Shown here: piece after piece, positions 39,324-49,650 of the stretch | Layout: the number at the start of each line of letters is the position of its first letter | How positions within the stretch are numbered: position 1 is the first letter of the stretch | Source: Candidatus Omnitrophota bacterium | GTDB lineage: Bacteria > Omnitrophota > Gorgyraeia > Zapsychrales > Zapsychraceae | Assembly (NCBI GenBank): GCA_029261055.1 | Contig: JAJDCA010000071.1 | Location: forward strand, 89,778 to 153,777 | Length of the DNA stretch: 64,000 nt | Direction of reading: 5' to 3' | The notes under the pieces: model-generated | The model's database searches: none | What the model saw: only the letters and a program-made list of their open reading frames with translations | Told to the model about the DNA's origin: nothing | Position numbers and translations under genes: made by a program

Positions 39324-40015
39324 AACGATTAATTTTACTATTTTTTATGTTATGTATTGGAGGACATTGTTTTGCTCAGGATGTTTTTTCTGATGGGGAG
39401 GCGATCAAATATGATATTAAAAAATTTGGCCTTACGGTAGGCCAGGCTGAATTAGTGTTTGGCGGCGCTACGCAGATTAATAATCGGGATGCTTTGCTGG
39501 TTACATTTAGAGCGAAGGGGCCTAAATTTTTTGATGAAGAAAAAATTTATTTGGATCCTGAGACATTTTACCCTATGATGGTTGTTCGTGATTTGGATAT
39601 TTTTGGAAAAAAAGAAAAAATTGTAGAAGAATATGCGGCGGACAAGAGTTTGGTCAAAATTACTAAGACCGTTGGCAATAAAATCAGCCACGACATGATT
39701 ACCAAAAAAGGAAATCGTCTGGACAATATTTATGGTTTTATTTATCGGTATCGTAAGCACGGCCGGTTTCAAGTAGGCGATACGTTAGACCTTTCTTTGC
39801 CGACAAAGGATGTGCGTATCACATTAGCTTCCCTAAAAAAGATTAAGGTTGCGAATAAAATATTTGAAACTCATTTTATGAAAAGCACACCGAAGAAATA
39901 TAAGATATGGTTTGATAGTAGCGATAAGAAAATTCCTCTCAAAATTGATGGTGCTGTTGGGATGGCTAATGCGTCTATGGTGATGAAAGAATATTATGAA
40001 AAATATACCCGATAA
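39320..40015 (+). CDS. Exported DUF3108-like protein
   Basis: Signal peptide, GE.IKY.IK.FGL.VG.A and IWFD...KIPLKI patterns. Confidence 0.7.
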   Translation: MKRLILLFFMLCIGGHCFAQDVFSDGEAIKYDIKKFGLTVGQAELVFGGATQINNRDALLVTFRAKGPKFFDEEKIYLDPETFYPMMVVRDLDIFGKKEKIVEEYAADKSLVKITKTVGNKISHDMITKKGNRLDNIYGFIYRYRKHGRFQVGDTLDLSLPTKDVRITLASLKKIKVANKIFETHFMKSTPKKYKIWFDSSDKKIPLKIDGAVGMANASMVMKEYYEKYTR

Positions 40016-41177
40016 AACAGGACATTTTGGTGAATTCGGTGGGCGGTATGTGCCGGAGACTTTGATGTCACTTTTAGAAGACTTGGAAAAAATTTTTAAG
40101 TCTTTGAAATCCGATAAAGCCTTTCAGAAAGAGTTTAATTATTATCTCAAAGAATATGCCGGCCGGCCGACGAATCTTTATTTGGCTGAGCGTTTGAGTG
40201 CGCATTTGAAAACGTTGAAGGTCTATTTGAAACGCGAGGATCTTTTGCATACCGGTGCGCACAAGATTAATAATACTTTGGGACAAGTGCTTGTCGCTAA
40301 ACGGATGGGCAAGACGCGCATTATTGCCGAGACAGGTGCTGGTCAGCACGGGGTTGCAACTGCCACAGCGGCGGCCTTAATGGGATTGGAATGTGTCGTT
40401 TATATGGGGGCGGAAGATGTGGAACGACAGTCTTTGAATGTGTATCGTATGCGTTTATTAGGTACAGAAGTCATTCCGGTGACGAGTGGTTCACAGACTT
40501 TAAAGGATGCGATGAATGAAGCGATACGGGATTGGGTGACGAATGTTCGTAATACGTTTTATATTATCGGATCTGTAGCCGGCCCGCATCCGTATCCTGT
40601 GATGGTGCGTGAGTTTCAAGCGATGATTGGCCAAGAAGCCCGACGTCAATTTCTTGCTAAAGAGAAACATTTGCCGAATTATTTATTAGCTTGTGTTGGT
40701 GGCGGCAGCAATGCGATGGGATTATTTCATGCATTTTTTGAGGATAAAAATGTGAAGATGATTGGAGTGGAAGCCGCTGGGACAGGGTTAAATACGGAAC
40801 ATCACGCGGCACCTTTGTCGAAAGCCCCTATTGGTGTTTTGCACGGCAGTAAAAGTCGGTTAATGCAAACAAAAGATGGCCAGATACAAATTGCTCATTC
40901 TATTGCTGCTGGATTAGATTACCCCGGAGTCGGCCCAGAACATGCGTATTATCAAAAAATTGGACGTGCTGAGTATGTAGCGGTAACAGATAAAGAGGCG
41001 ATTAAAGGATTGAAATTATTGTCTGAAAAAGAAGGCATTATTCCAGCGATGGAGACTTCGCATGCGATTGCTTATTTAGAAAAATTGGCTCGCCGAGTGA
41101 AGCGCAAGAGCAGTGTGATCGTTTGTCTTTCAGGACGAGGGGATAAAGATATGGGGCAGATTAAGGATTTTATTTAA
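39996..41177 (+). CDS. trpB: Tryptophan synthase beta chain
   Basis: [40 protein letters not shown]. Confidence 0.99.
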   Translation: MKNIPDKTGHFGEFGGRYVPETLMSLLEDLEKIFKSLKSDKAFQKEFNYYLKEYAGRPTNLYLAERLSAHLKTLKVYLKREDLLHTGAHKINNTLGQVLVAKRMGKTRIIAETGAGQHGVATATAAALMGLECVVYMGAEDVERQSLNVYRMRLLGTEVIPVTSGSQTLKDAMNEAIRDWVTNVRNTFYIIGSVAGPHPYPVMVREFQAMIGQEARRQFLAKEKHLPNYLLACVGGGSNAMGLFHAFFEDKNVKMIGVEAAGTGLNTEHHAAPLSKAPIGVLHGSKSRLMQTKDGQIQIAHSIAAGLDYPGVGPEHAYYQKIGRAEYVAVTDKEAIKGLKLLSEKEGIIPAMETSHAIAYLEKLARRVKRKSSVIVCLSGRGDKDMGQIKDFI

Positions 41178-41968
41178 TGAATAGAATTGATGAAAAATTT
41201 CAGGCATTAAAAACACAGAAAAAGAAAGCTTTCATTGCTTTTGTAACGGCTGGGGATCCTAATCTTAAGACAACGGAAGAACTAGTCTTAGCCTTTGAAC
41301 AGAGTGGGGTGGATATTGTTGAATTAGGGGTTCCTTTTTCTGATCCTTTGGCAGACGGTTCGACTATTCAAGCATCTTCGCAAAGAGCGTTGAAAAAAGG
41401 TGTTAATTTAGAAAAAATTTTTCATGTCGTTGGCCGTATCCGCAAGAAATCTCAAATTCCGATCGCTCTTATGACGTATTATAATCCTGTGTTTCATTAT
41501 GGAGAAACTAAATTTATTAAGGCGGCGTACGATAACGGTGTGGATGGCGTTATTGTGCCAGACTTGCCACCGGAAGAAGCGGATAGTTTGATGGCCGCTG
41601 CCCGCAAAAGAGATATTGCCACGACATTTTTTTTATCTCCGACAACGACACCTAAAAGAATGAAACACGTGATCGCCGTCACAACAGGTTTTGTGTATTA
41701 TGTTTCTTTAACTGGTGTGACAGGGGCTCGTAAGCAAGCGCCAATATCCTCAACTCAGCATATTAAATCTGTGGTGCGTGTAAGTTCAAAACCTGTATGC
41801 ATTGGATTTGGGATTTCTAATGCAGCACAAGTAAAATCTATGTCTAAAATTTCCGATGGTGTAATTGTGGGAAGTGCGATTGTTAATGAAATTTTGAAAA
41901 ATAAAGGTAATAAAAATTTAATAAAGAATGTAGCCGCATTTGTAAAAACATTATCGAAAGGTTTGTAA
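41177..41968 (+). CDS. trpA: Tryptophan synthase alpha chain
   Basis: ELGVPFSDPLADG, VPDLPPEE, GVTG, GFGIS, DGVIVGSA. Confidence 0.99.
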   Translation: MNRIDEKFQALKTQKKKAFIAFVTAGDPNLKTTEELVLAFEQSGVDIVELGVPFSDPLADGSTIQASSQRALKKGVNLEKIFHVVGRIRKKSQIPIALMTYYNPVFHYGETKFIKAAYDNGVDGVIVPDLPPEEADSLMAAARKRDIATTFFLSPTTTPKRMKHVIAVTTGFVYYVSLTGVTGARKQAPISSTQHIKSVVRVSSKPVCIGFGISNAAQVKSMSKISDGVIVGSAIVNEILKNKGNKNLIKNVAAFVKTLSKGL

Positions 41969-41972
41969 ATTT

Positions 41973-43241
41973 ATGTACAAAGAATCTACGCTTCCAAACG
42001 GTCTTCGGATCATTACACATGAAATTCAACAGAGAGACAGTATTTCTCTCGGTTTTTGGGTTGGCGTTGGCGGTCGTTATGAAGAAGACCGCATTAAAGG
42101 TGCTGCGCATTTTCTGGAGCATATTGTATTTAAAGGAAGTAAGAAGTATTCCTGCGAGCAGATCAAAGAGAAAATCGAAGGCGTCGGCGGGGCATTAAAT
42201 GCATTCACTTCTGAGGAACAGACGTGCTTTTACGCTAAAATTCCAGCGAAACATTTGACACAAACTTTTGATGTCTTGGCAGATATGATTTTGTATCCGA
42301 AAATTACCCCTAGTGATACAACCAAAGAAAAAACCGTGATTATAGAAGAGATCAAAATGTATCATGATCTTCCGCAGTATTATGTTTTAGAGCTGCTGGA
42401 CGAATTAATGTGGCCGGGGCATCCTTTGGGGAGAGGTTTGGCTGGGACACATCAGAGTGTAGGCAATATGACCGTAAAGGATTTAAAAAAATTTCATCGG
42501 GACAATTATGTCCCGGGTAATATTGTAGTGGCCGCCTCCGGCAGGCTCAGTCATCAAGCTGTTTTGAATTTGACCAAGAAGAAATTTAAGGGCTTTGAAG
42601 GAGATCATAGAGGTTCGTTTATTCCAGCAGAGCATTTGCAGGCAAAACCGCGCATGCGGTTCTTTAAAAAAGATATCGAACAAATGCACGTGGCCTTAGG
42701 TATGCCGGGTTTAGATGAAAAGCATAAAGATAAATATGCTTTAAGTCTTTTAACGACAATTTTAGGTGGAAATATGTCCAGTCGGCTTTTTGTGGAGGTA
42801 AGAGAGAAAAAAGGATTGGCGTATTCAATTGGCTGCAGTGCAAAATCATTGCACGATACAGGCGCTGTTTTGATTAGGGCAGGTGTTGATAATAAAAAAA
42901 TTATTCAGGCGATGCAGTTAATTCTGAAAGAGTTGGCAAAAATTAAGAAAAATGGTGTCGGTCAGAGAGAGTTTGAACGGGCCAGAGACTATCTTTTAGG
43001 TCAACTTTTGTTAGGATTGGAAGATACAATGGAGCATATGCTCTGGATCGGCGATTCACTTATTTCCCGGGATAAAGTCAAGACATTGAAGCATGTTGTG
43101 AAAGAGTTTAAGAAAATTAAAAAAGAAGATATGAAGCGTGTGGCTAAGGATATTCTGGACCCCAAGCAGTTTAATCTCGCCTTGGTAGGCCCTATCACAA
43201 ATCAGCAGGAAAAGGAGTTGCAAAGCTTATTTGACAATTAA
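41973..43241 (+). CDS. M16-family Zn peptidase
   Basis: HFLEH inverted zinc motif, NAFTS.E.T, MSSRLF.EVREK.GLAY. Confidence 0.95.
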   Translation: MYKESTLPNGLRIITHEIQQRDSISLGFWVGVGGRYEEDRIKGAAHFLEHIVFKGSKKYSCEQIKEKIEGVGGALNAFTSEEQTCFYAKIPAKHLTQTFDVLADMILYPKITPSDTTKEKTVIIEEIKMYHDLPQYYVLELLDELMWPGHPLGRGLAGTHQSVGNMTVKDLKKFHRDNYVPGNIVVAASGRLSHQAVLNLTKKKFKGFEGDHRGSFIPAEHLQAKPRMRFFKKDIEQMHVALGMPGLDEKHKDKYALSLLTTILGGNMSSRLFVEVREKKGLAYSIGCSAKSLHDTGAVLIRAGVDNKKIIQAMQLILKELAKIKKNGVGQREFERARDYLLGQLLLGLEDTMEHMLWIGDSLISRDKVKTLKHVVKEFKKIKKEDMKRVAKDILDPKQFNLALVGPITNQQEKELQSLFDN

Positions 43242-43259
43242 AAAAATACAAAGTACACT
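43231..43259 (+). promoter_or_regulatory. Promoter upstream of pilB
   Basis: TTGACA-N17-TACACT. Confidence 0.7.
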
Positions 43260-43303
43260 TTAGTAAGGGCAGTAAATGAAGCTTAACGAACCGGGGACTG
43301 TTT

Positions 43304-44938
43304 ATGAATGATAAATCAATCAAAATTGGACAAGAGTTGCTGGAGAGAAGGCTCATATCTCAAGAACAGCTACTTGAGGCGCTCAGTATTCAGAAAGAAG
43401 ATAAGAGAATGCTGGGTCAAATTTTACTTGCGCAAGGGTTTCTTTCCGATGAAGCATTAACAGAAGCTTTGGCTGATATTTATCAAATACCTTTTATCAA
43501 TTTAAACCAAGCTAAGATTGATCAATCCGTCATCGATTTAATTCCTATTGACATTTTAAGACGCCACAATGTTTTACCAGTTCGGTTAGAAAATCAAAAC
43601 CTTTTTATTGCCATCCATGATCCTCTTGACCTTTCCGCTATTCAAGAAATTCAATATATCACAGGACATCAGCCCCAGCTTTATCTTGCAACATTAAAAG
43701 ATATTTGCACGCATTTGGATAAGTTTGTCGATACTGTGCATACCCTCCACGGGAGCAGGGAGCAAGCTCACACGGACGATGATGATGTTCCGGTTATTAA
43801 TTTGGTGGATTCTATTATCAGTTCGGCGATCACAGAGCGAGCTTCCGATATTCACCTGGAACCTCAAAAGGATAATATGCGTGTCAGGTTTCGGATAGAC
43901 GGGACGCTTTATGAAAAGAATTTAGTTACAAAGACTTTACAAAGGCAAGTTATCTCGCGTCTTAAAATTATTTCAGGTATGGATGTGACGGATACCAGGC
44001 GACCTCAGGATGGGCGTTTTACACCAGAAAAATATCCTCAGTATAATTGTAGGGTGTCTACTCTTCCGGATATACTTGGTGAAAATATGGTTATTCGTCT
44101 TTTAAACCGTAATACCACGGCTTTGTCCTTTGAAGAATTAGGGATGAGCCCTGAGGAAACGCATAAGATAAAAACTTTATCTGCATCTCCTCACGGCATT
44201 ATTCTTCTCACAGGGCCAACCGGAGCCGGTAAGACCACGACACTCTATTCTATCCTTAATTTTCTTAATCAAATCGAAAAATGCATTATCACGGTTGAAG
44301 ATCCTGTCGAATACCAGTTACCCGGAATTAATCAAACAAATATTAATAATCTTGCCGGATATAGCTTTGCTTCAGCCATTAGAAATATTTTACGCCATGA
44401 TCCGGATATTATTATGATAGGTGAAATTCGTGACACAGAAACAGCTGAAATTGCGATACGCGCAGCACTGACAGGCCATCTTGTTTTGTCAACATTGCAT
44501 ACGAATTCGGCGGCTGGTGCCATTATGCGTTTGTTGGACATGAATATTGCTCCTTTTCTTTTAAGAGCCTCTTTGATCGGCGTCATTGCACAGAGGTTAG
44601 TGAGAAGGCTTTGTCCTCATTGTCATACAGAATATGAAGCGAGTGATGACATTTGCCATTCTATTGAGGGTTCAATTTCTCCTGGGGCCACGCTTGCCTC
44701 TGCAGGGCAGTGCGAAAAATGCTTTCAGACCGGATTCCACGGGCGCGTGGGGCTTTATGAAATTCTTCAGATTAATGACCCTATTCGGGAACTTATTTTG
44801 GAGTCGCCCAACAAAGAGGCCATTACAAAATTGGCTGTTTCTCAAGGAATGAAAACATTAAGGACAGCTGGATATAATAAAGCTTTAGCCAAATTGACCA
44901 CGCTGGAAGAAGTGCTGAGCATCACGGGTACAGAATAA
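43304..44938 (+). CDS. pilB: Pilus assembly ATPase PilB/GspE with an MshEN-like N-terminus
   Basis: KIGQELL..RLISQEQL.EAL...MLGQILL, ASDIHLEP, GPTGAGKTTT, TVEDPVE, GEIRD, tetracysteine motif. Confidence 0.93.
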   Translation: MNDKSIKIGQELLERRLISQEQLLEALSIQKEDKRMLGQILLAQGFLSDEALTEALADIYQIPFINLNQAKIDQSVIDLIPIDILRRHNVLPVRLENQNLFIAIHDPLDLSAIQEIQYITGHQPQLYLATLKDICTHLDKFVDTVHTLHGSREQAHTDDDDVPVINLVDSIISSAITERASDIHLEPQKDNMRVRFRIDGTLYEKNLVTKTLQRQVISRLKIISGMDVTDTRRPQDGRFTPEKYPQYNCRVSTLPDILGENMVIRLLNRNTTALSFEELGMSPEETHKIKTLSASPHGIILLTGPTGAGKTTTLYSILNFLNQIEKCIITVEDPVEYQLPGINQTNINNLAGYSFASAIRNILRHDPDIIMIGEIRDTETAEIAIRAALTGHLVLSTLHTNSAAGAIMRLLDMNIAPFLLRASLIGVIAQRLVRRLCPHCHTEYEASDDICHSIEGSISPGATLASAGQCEKCFQTGFHGRVGLYEILQINDPIRELILESPNKEAITKLAVSQGMKTLRTAGYNKALAKLTTLEEVLSITGTE

Positions 44939-44957
44939 ATTATGAGGAAAGGGGCTT

Positions 44958-46157
44958 ATGATTAGTTATATTTACCAATTAAAAGACAATTTAGGGCGTA
45001 ATATATACGGCCTGACGGAAGCTAATGATAAAAAAGAAGTTAAGGTGAAGCTTCGGGAATCGGGTTTTTATTTTGTTTCCGCCAAACCTTACAATAAGAA
45101 AAAATTAGACAATATTAGATTTAAACCCAAAGAGTTAATTTTGTTTACGCAGAGGCTGTCTTCTCTAATAGCGGCCGGAATTCCTATGTTATCCGTGATG
45201 ACCATTCTTTGGCGGCAATCGGAAGATAAAAATATACAGTTAGTTATTAGTTGTATTAAAAATAAGTTAGCGGAAGGGAATAAAATATCGGACAGTATTA
45301 AGCTTTTTCCAAAGATTTTTCCACCTATTTATCATTCCCTTATTAGTGTAGGGGAGACAAGCGGGACGCTTGTGCTCGTTTTGGACAAATTGTTAAGCTA
45401 TTTGGAGTTTAAATTTAATCTTAAAACAAAGATAAAAAAAGCCACGCTTTACCCCTTGGCGGTTATTGTTTTTTCTTTTGTTGTTCTTTATGCTATGTAT
45501 GCTTATGTTGTTCCAACATTTCAAAGAGTGCTATTTAAAATGAAGGTAGAGTTACCTATGTTGACACGGATTATTTTAAAAATGTCAGAATTTGCACGTT
45601 CGCCGGTGTTCGTTTTGATTAGTTTGGTTACTCTAATAAGTATGGTTTTTATTTTTCGATATTTACGGAAAAATAAAAATACGGCATATTATCTCGATGC
45701 TTTTATTATTAAATTACCTGCTGTCGGGCCTCTTTTTATGGCCTTTTCGTTGAGTCAATTTATTCGTTCTTTAAGTATTTTGTTGGGAACTGGAGTTGGC
45801 GCCTTATTAAGTTTAGATAAGGCCAATTCAACGATTAACAATCATAAGCTTAGAAAAGAAATAGGCGCCATTAAAAAAGATGTTGAAGTAGGCGTCCCGA
45901 TGTACGAAGCCTTTAAAAAAGTGCGAGAATTTCCGGTTATGCTGGTTGAAATGATCGGTGTCGGTGAATCTTCCGGGACAATGGTGGCTCTTTTGGAAAA
46001 GACAGCGGATACCTTCGATAATGAAATAGATTATCAGCTTAACAAAATTTTGACCTTACTAGAACCTGCCCTGATCATTTTTGTAGGATTTGTGGTATTT
46101 ATTACGCTTTTGGCGATATATTTACCGATGATTTCTCTCTGGCAAAATATTAGATAA
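44958..46157 (+). CDS. pilC: Platform protein PilC/GspF
   Basis: FTQRLSSLIAAGIP, VGETSGTL, YP, VGESSG, LLEP. Confidence 0.93.
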   Translation: MISYIYQLKDNLGRNIYGLTEANDKKEVKVKLRESGFYFVSAKPYNKKKLDNIRFKPKELILFTQRLSSLIAAGIPMLSVMTILWRQSEDKNIQLVISCIKNKLAEGNKISDSIKLFPKIFPPIYHSLISVGETSGTLVLVLDKLLSYLEFKFNLKTKIKKATLYPLAVIVFSFVVLYAMYAYVVPTFQRVLFKMKVELPMLTRIILKMSEFARSPVFVLISLVTLISMVFIFRYLRKNKNTAYYLDAFIIKLPAVGPLFMAFSLSQFIRSLSILLGTGVGALLSLDKANSTINNHKLRKEIGAIKKDVEVGVPMYEAFKKVREFPVMLVEMIGVGESSGTMVALLEKTADTFDNEIDYQLNKILTLLEPALIIFVGFVVFITLLAIYLPMISLWQNIR

Positions 46158-46324
46158 CCTCTTAGCAATACGGTAAAATTGTATAATGAAGGTCAAAAAT
46201 GGTTTTTTTAATTTTTTTTAAATTTATTTTTTTGCTTAATTATTCATAACTATTTGAAACTAATATAGTTGAAACAAATTTAAAAGTCTAAAAGAATGCG
46301 TTTTCTTGGATAGTTCTCAGGCAC

Positions 46325-46352
46325 TTGACAATGGAAACTTAAATGTTATACT
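46325..46352 (+). promoter_or_regulatory. Promoter of the riboswitch-pilin transcript
   Basis: TTGACA-N16-TATACT with extended TG. Confidence 0.8.
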
Positions 46353-46369
46353 TCAATCGACTGATAAAG

Positions 46370-46459
46370 AAATTTGATAAAGGTAAACCATTTGAGAGAA
46401 TGGGACACAAAGCCAAGGACCCTGAGCGCTAGATTCAGGGCAGCCGGTTGCCAAAGTTT
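46370..46459 (+). ncRNA. c-di-GMP-I (GEMM) riboswitch aptamer
   Basis: GGTAAACCATTT-GAGA-GAATGG-GAC-ACAAAGCC...GCAGCCGGTTGCC; equivalents of G20, A47 and C92 present; P1 TTTG/CAAA. Confidence 0.92.
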
Positions 46460-46461
46460 TT

Positions 46462-46503
46462 AAAAAGGCCTATTCTCAAAAATGGAGAATAGGTCTTTTT
46501 TTT
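46462..46503 (+). terminator. Riboswitch-associated intrinsic terminator
   Basis: AGGCCTATTCTC/GAGAATAGGTCT stem followed by a T-run, upstream of the pilin RBS. Confidence 0.88.
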
Positions 46504-46547
46504 GTGGGTAAATTATTTTTAACCAACCAATAATAAGGGGAGATAAA

Positions 46548-46967
46548 ATGAACACACAACACAAAAAACGTAAATTCGTTACAAAAATGCAACAAGGGTT
46601 CAGTTTGATAGAACTTTTGGTCGTTTTGGTCATTATTGGGGCTATTTTGGCTTTAATTTTACCGAATACCTTTAGAGCTATCCGAGAAGCAAATGAAAAA
46701 ACATGTCAATCGCATCATCGTTCAGTAATATCGGCCGTAGCGTTGTGTTATTCAGATACGAGGGATTATGGAGAGTGTAGTACCGTGGCAGCTCTTTTGA
46801 CCGGAAACTATTTAGATGCTGATCCCATATGCCCGATTGTTGATAGCCAAATAACTGGTGTTAACAGTAGTGATGCAGGGATTTCACCAACTGTCTCTAC
46901 TGATCATTGGCCTAATTGGCCAGTATTAGCAAATGACGATCACATTGATGGTGGTGGCGATGAGTAA
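46548..46967 (+). CDS. Type IV prepilin, probable major pilin
   Basis: QG|FSLIELLVVLVIIGAILALILP class III signal; own promoter; downstream stem-loop. Confidence 0.9.
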   Translation: MNTQHKKRKFVTKMQQGFSLIELLVVLVIIGAILALILPNTFRAIREANEKTCQSHHRSVISAVALCYSDTRDYGECSTVAALLTGNYLDADPICPIVDSQITGVNSSDAGISPTVSTDHWPNWPVLANDDHIDGGGDE

Positions 46968-46991
46968 TTGATTTAATAATTTGAAGTTTGG

Positions 46992-47040
46992 CTGACCGTT
47001 CTTTCCTTATAGTAGATATACAACCGGAAAGAACGGTCAG
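46992..47040 (+). terminator. Strong stem-loop after the major pilin (attenuator or mRNA stabiliser)
   Basis: Perfect 15-bp CTGACCGTTCTTTCC/GGAAAGAACGGTCAG stem with no U-tract. Confidence 0.65.
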
Positions 47041-47097
47041 AGTAAACAAATTTATATTAAGCATGTACAGCCTTTGGGCTGGATAAGGCAAAAGAAA

Positions 47098-48600
47098 ATG
47101 AATAAAGGATACTTAACAATCGGATTAACATCAACCCAAATACGCTATGCTTATGTGGCAAAGGAAAAGGGAAAGCATCAGCTTCAGAAGGCAGGCAGCG
47201 TTGATTTTAAGCTGGATGTGCTGGCTGAAGGGGCTTTGAGTCAGGCTATATTAGAGGTAATCGCCAATGAAGGGATTCATCCACAGAAGCTTTTCTTTAC
47301 GATTGCGCACAAAGATACCCTAATCCGGGAGGCTATTTTACCGGAAGTCAAAAATAAGGAATTAAATGAAATTATTCCTTCAGAAATAGAAAAAAACCCT
47401 CACTTTGCCAATCAGGATTTTGAGTTCATTTTTCATAAATATAAAAGTCAGAAAGACAAACAACGTATTATTTTTGCGGCTCTTGCTGAAAGAATTTTAC
47501 AGTACCTTATAAAAGAAATTGAAAATATTAAAATAGATTGCCAGCATTTAGAAATTGCGCCTTTAAATTTAAAAGATTTGATTTCAACCAAGGATTCTGA
47601 AAATGAAACACAAATTTTGCTTGTCATTCATGATCAGGTAAGTCACGTCATCATTTTTCATCAGGAGCAGTATAGGTTATATTATCAAATGGTGACGGGC
47701 ATAAAAAATCTTTTCCCTCAAGAGAAACAAGGTTTAAATGAACAGGCTTTACTTGGGTTATCAGGGGAATTGCGCCGTGTGATTAAATCGTATCTTGCAG
47801 AATATAAGGAAGAGAGTATTTCTCGTGTTTGGCTGGTTTGGGATAATGCACAAGGCCAGGGATTGCAGCAAGGGCTTCAGGAAAAATTAGAATTAGATGT
47901 GAAAAATTTATCCGTAGATCAATTGGATGGCCAGCCCATTCAATATGACGAACAGGATTTGGAAATGGATAATTCTATTTTTACATTGCAATTAACGCCG
48001 TTAGTTTATCATCTTAAAAAACAATGCGAACAATTCTCGTTTATCCATTTCTTGTCCAAAACATTTAGCAGGAAGCATTGCAAAGAAGTGGTGGCTATGT
48101 CTGCGGTATGTTTAATTATTATATCTTCCGTTTTCATTTTATTGGGAGCCAAGTTTCATCAGGTAAAAACCCGTGTGCTTGCGCAAACGACTGAGGTTTT
48201 AAGTGAAATTCAACGTGTCGAGGGTGAGTCCCAACAATTATTTGATCAAAGGCAATCTTATGTGCGGTCACGTAACCGTTTGTTAAAACAGGCGGCTTAT
48301 GTCAAAGAAATTAATAGTGTCAGTTGGTCTGAGGTGTTGGCCGTGGTTGCCCAGGAAATTCCGGATAACCTAGCCTTAACATCATTTGACCTGAATCAGT
48401 CCGGGAGCACAAAATTTAAAGGAGAAGCCCTCGCCATAGAGTCGGTTTCGGAAATGATCCGTCAGGTCGATGATTCGGCCATACTCCATAATGGGCAATT
48501 TGATTTTCTTAGGGAAGATCAGATAAAGGGTAATAAAATATTTCAATTTGGTATTTCTGCGAACCTATCCAAGCAGGAAGGAGCAACAGATGACAAATAA
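47098..48600 (+). CDS. PilM-PilN fusion (GspL-like architecture)
   Basis: Divergent actin-like PilM region, one TM, then PilN-like SWSEVL..V...IP.NL.LTSF...GEA. Confidence 0.75.
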   Translation: MNKGYLTIGLTSTQIRYAYVAKEKGKHQLQKAGSVDFKLDVLAEGALSQAILEVIANEGIHPQKLFFTIAHKDTLIREAILPEVKNKELNEIIPSEIEKNPHFANQDFEFIFHKYKSQKDKQRIIFAALAERILQYLIKEIENIKIDCQHLEIAPLNLKDLISTKDSENETQILLVIHDQVSHVIIFHQEQYRLYYQMVTGIKNLFPQEKQGLNEQALLGLSGELRRVIKSYLAEYKEESISRVWLVWDNAQGQGLQQGLQEKLELDVKNLSVDQLDGQPIQYDEQDLEMDNSIFTLQLTPLVYHLKKQCEQFSFIHFLSKTFSRKHCKEVVAMSAVCLIIISSVFILLGAKFHQVKTRVLAQTTEVLSEIQRVEGESQQLFDQRQSYVRSRNRLLKQAAYVKEINSVSWSEVLAVVAQEIPDNLALTSFDLNQSGSTKFKGEALAIESVSEMIRQVDDSAILHNGQFDFLREDQIKGNKIFQFGISANLSKQEGATDDK

Positions 48601-49177
48601 AGGGATCAATGAAACAGCTTATATATCCTGCGGGGTCATAGTCATATTACTCATGCTGATACCTTTTGCCAATTTATATGGGTTGATGAAAGTGGAAAAG
48701 ACGTTAAAAAATGAAGAGGCGCGTCTGGAAGTGCTTCAGAAAAATGTGCGTATGTTGACCACTTCGAAAAAAAGGCTCATAAAAGAAAAAGAAGAATTTT
48801 CCGAGTTGTTGTTTCAAGACCGCGATATTCCGGATTTTCTGGATGATATTTCTCAAATGTCCCGTAATCTTAATTTGAATATTCTCGACATGAAAACAAA
48901 AGATTTTTATATCATCACGCCTGAAGAGGAAGATGATGGATCACAGAACAAAACGGAAGAGACGGTTCAAGAGGTTTTATCAGCCTTACCTATTGATATT
49001 AAGGTAACAGGACCTTTTACATCAATCGTTCAATTGTTTGATGAAATCGAAAATTATCGGCAAATAACGAATATTAAAAATATCAGGATCAGGAATATCA
49101 AGAAATATCCGACCCTGGAATGTTTTTTTACAATCGTTATTTATAGTCTAAAACAACAACAAATGGTGCAAAAATGA
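48590..49177 (+). CDS. pilO: PilO-like alignment protein
   Basis: N-terminal TM, coiled coil, IPDFLDDIS, LPIDIKVTGPF...F..IENY.QI. Confidence 0.8.
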   Translation: MTNKGINETAYISCGVIVILLMLIPFANLYGLMKVEKTLKNEEARLEVLQKNVRMLTTSKKRLIKEKEEFSELLFQDRDIPDFLDDISQMSRNLNLNILDMKTKDFYIITPEEEDDGSQNKTEETVQEVLSALPIDIKVTGPFTSIVQLFDEIENYRQITNIKNIRIRNIKKYPTLECFFTIVIYSLKQQQMVQK

Positions 49178-49650
49178 AAAAAATTATCTTATTTTTTATA
49201 ATTTTACAGTTTGCTTTAACCGGTTGTGAATTTTTTCCAAGCAAGGACACAGATAAAAAAGTTCCTGAAAATCAAGCGTTGATTATGAGCGATGACCTGG
49301 ACATTTCACAGGAAGAAAAAGATCAATTGGTCAGTCTTTTTAAAAAGGCAAGGCCGCAACAGCGTATTATTGAAAAAGATCCTTTTAAGCCGATTATTAC
49401 AAAGCATAAATTAGAGCAAAAAGACAACGTTTTGTCAGGAGATTCCAAAAAAGACTTCCTTATAAATATCGAATATCTTGGTGTGGTTCAGATAGGCGAT
49501 AGTTATTCGGCATTGATTTTAGTAGGACAGAAAAAAGGAGTTTATAGTCTCAAAGATAAGATAAAACAATTAACCATTACGGATATTAAGAATGACCACA
49601 TCATGCTGGTTGATGGGTCGGAACAATATCAAATACAAAGGAAAAGATAA
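49174..49650 (+). CDS. pilP: PilP-like lipoprotein
   Basis: Lipobox LTGC, KDPF.P, YLGVV...SALI; located between pilO and the secretin. Confidence 0.7.
   Translation: MKKIILFFIILQFALTGCEFFPSKDTDKKVPENQALIMSDDLDISQEEKDQLVSLFKKARPQQRIIEKDPFKPIITKHKLEQKDNVLSGDSKKDFLINIEYLGVVQIGDSYSALILVGQKKGVYSLKDKIKQLTITDIKNDHIMLVDGSEQYQIQRKR

Noticed and set aside
39996-41968. trpBA separated from the other trp genes
   Set aside because: Split trp operons are common and the remainder may lie outside the window
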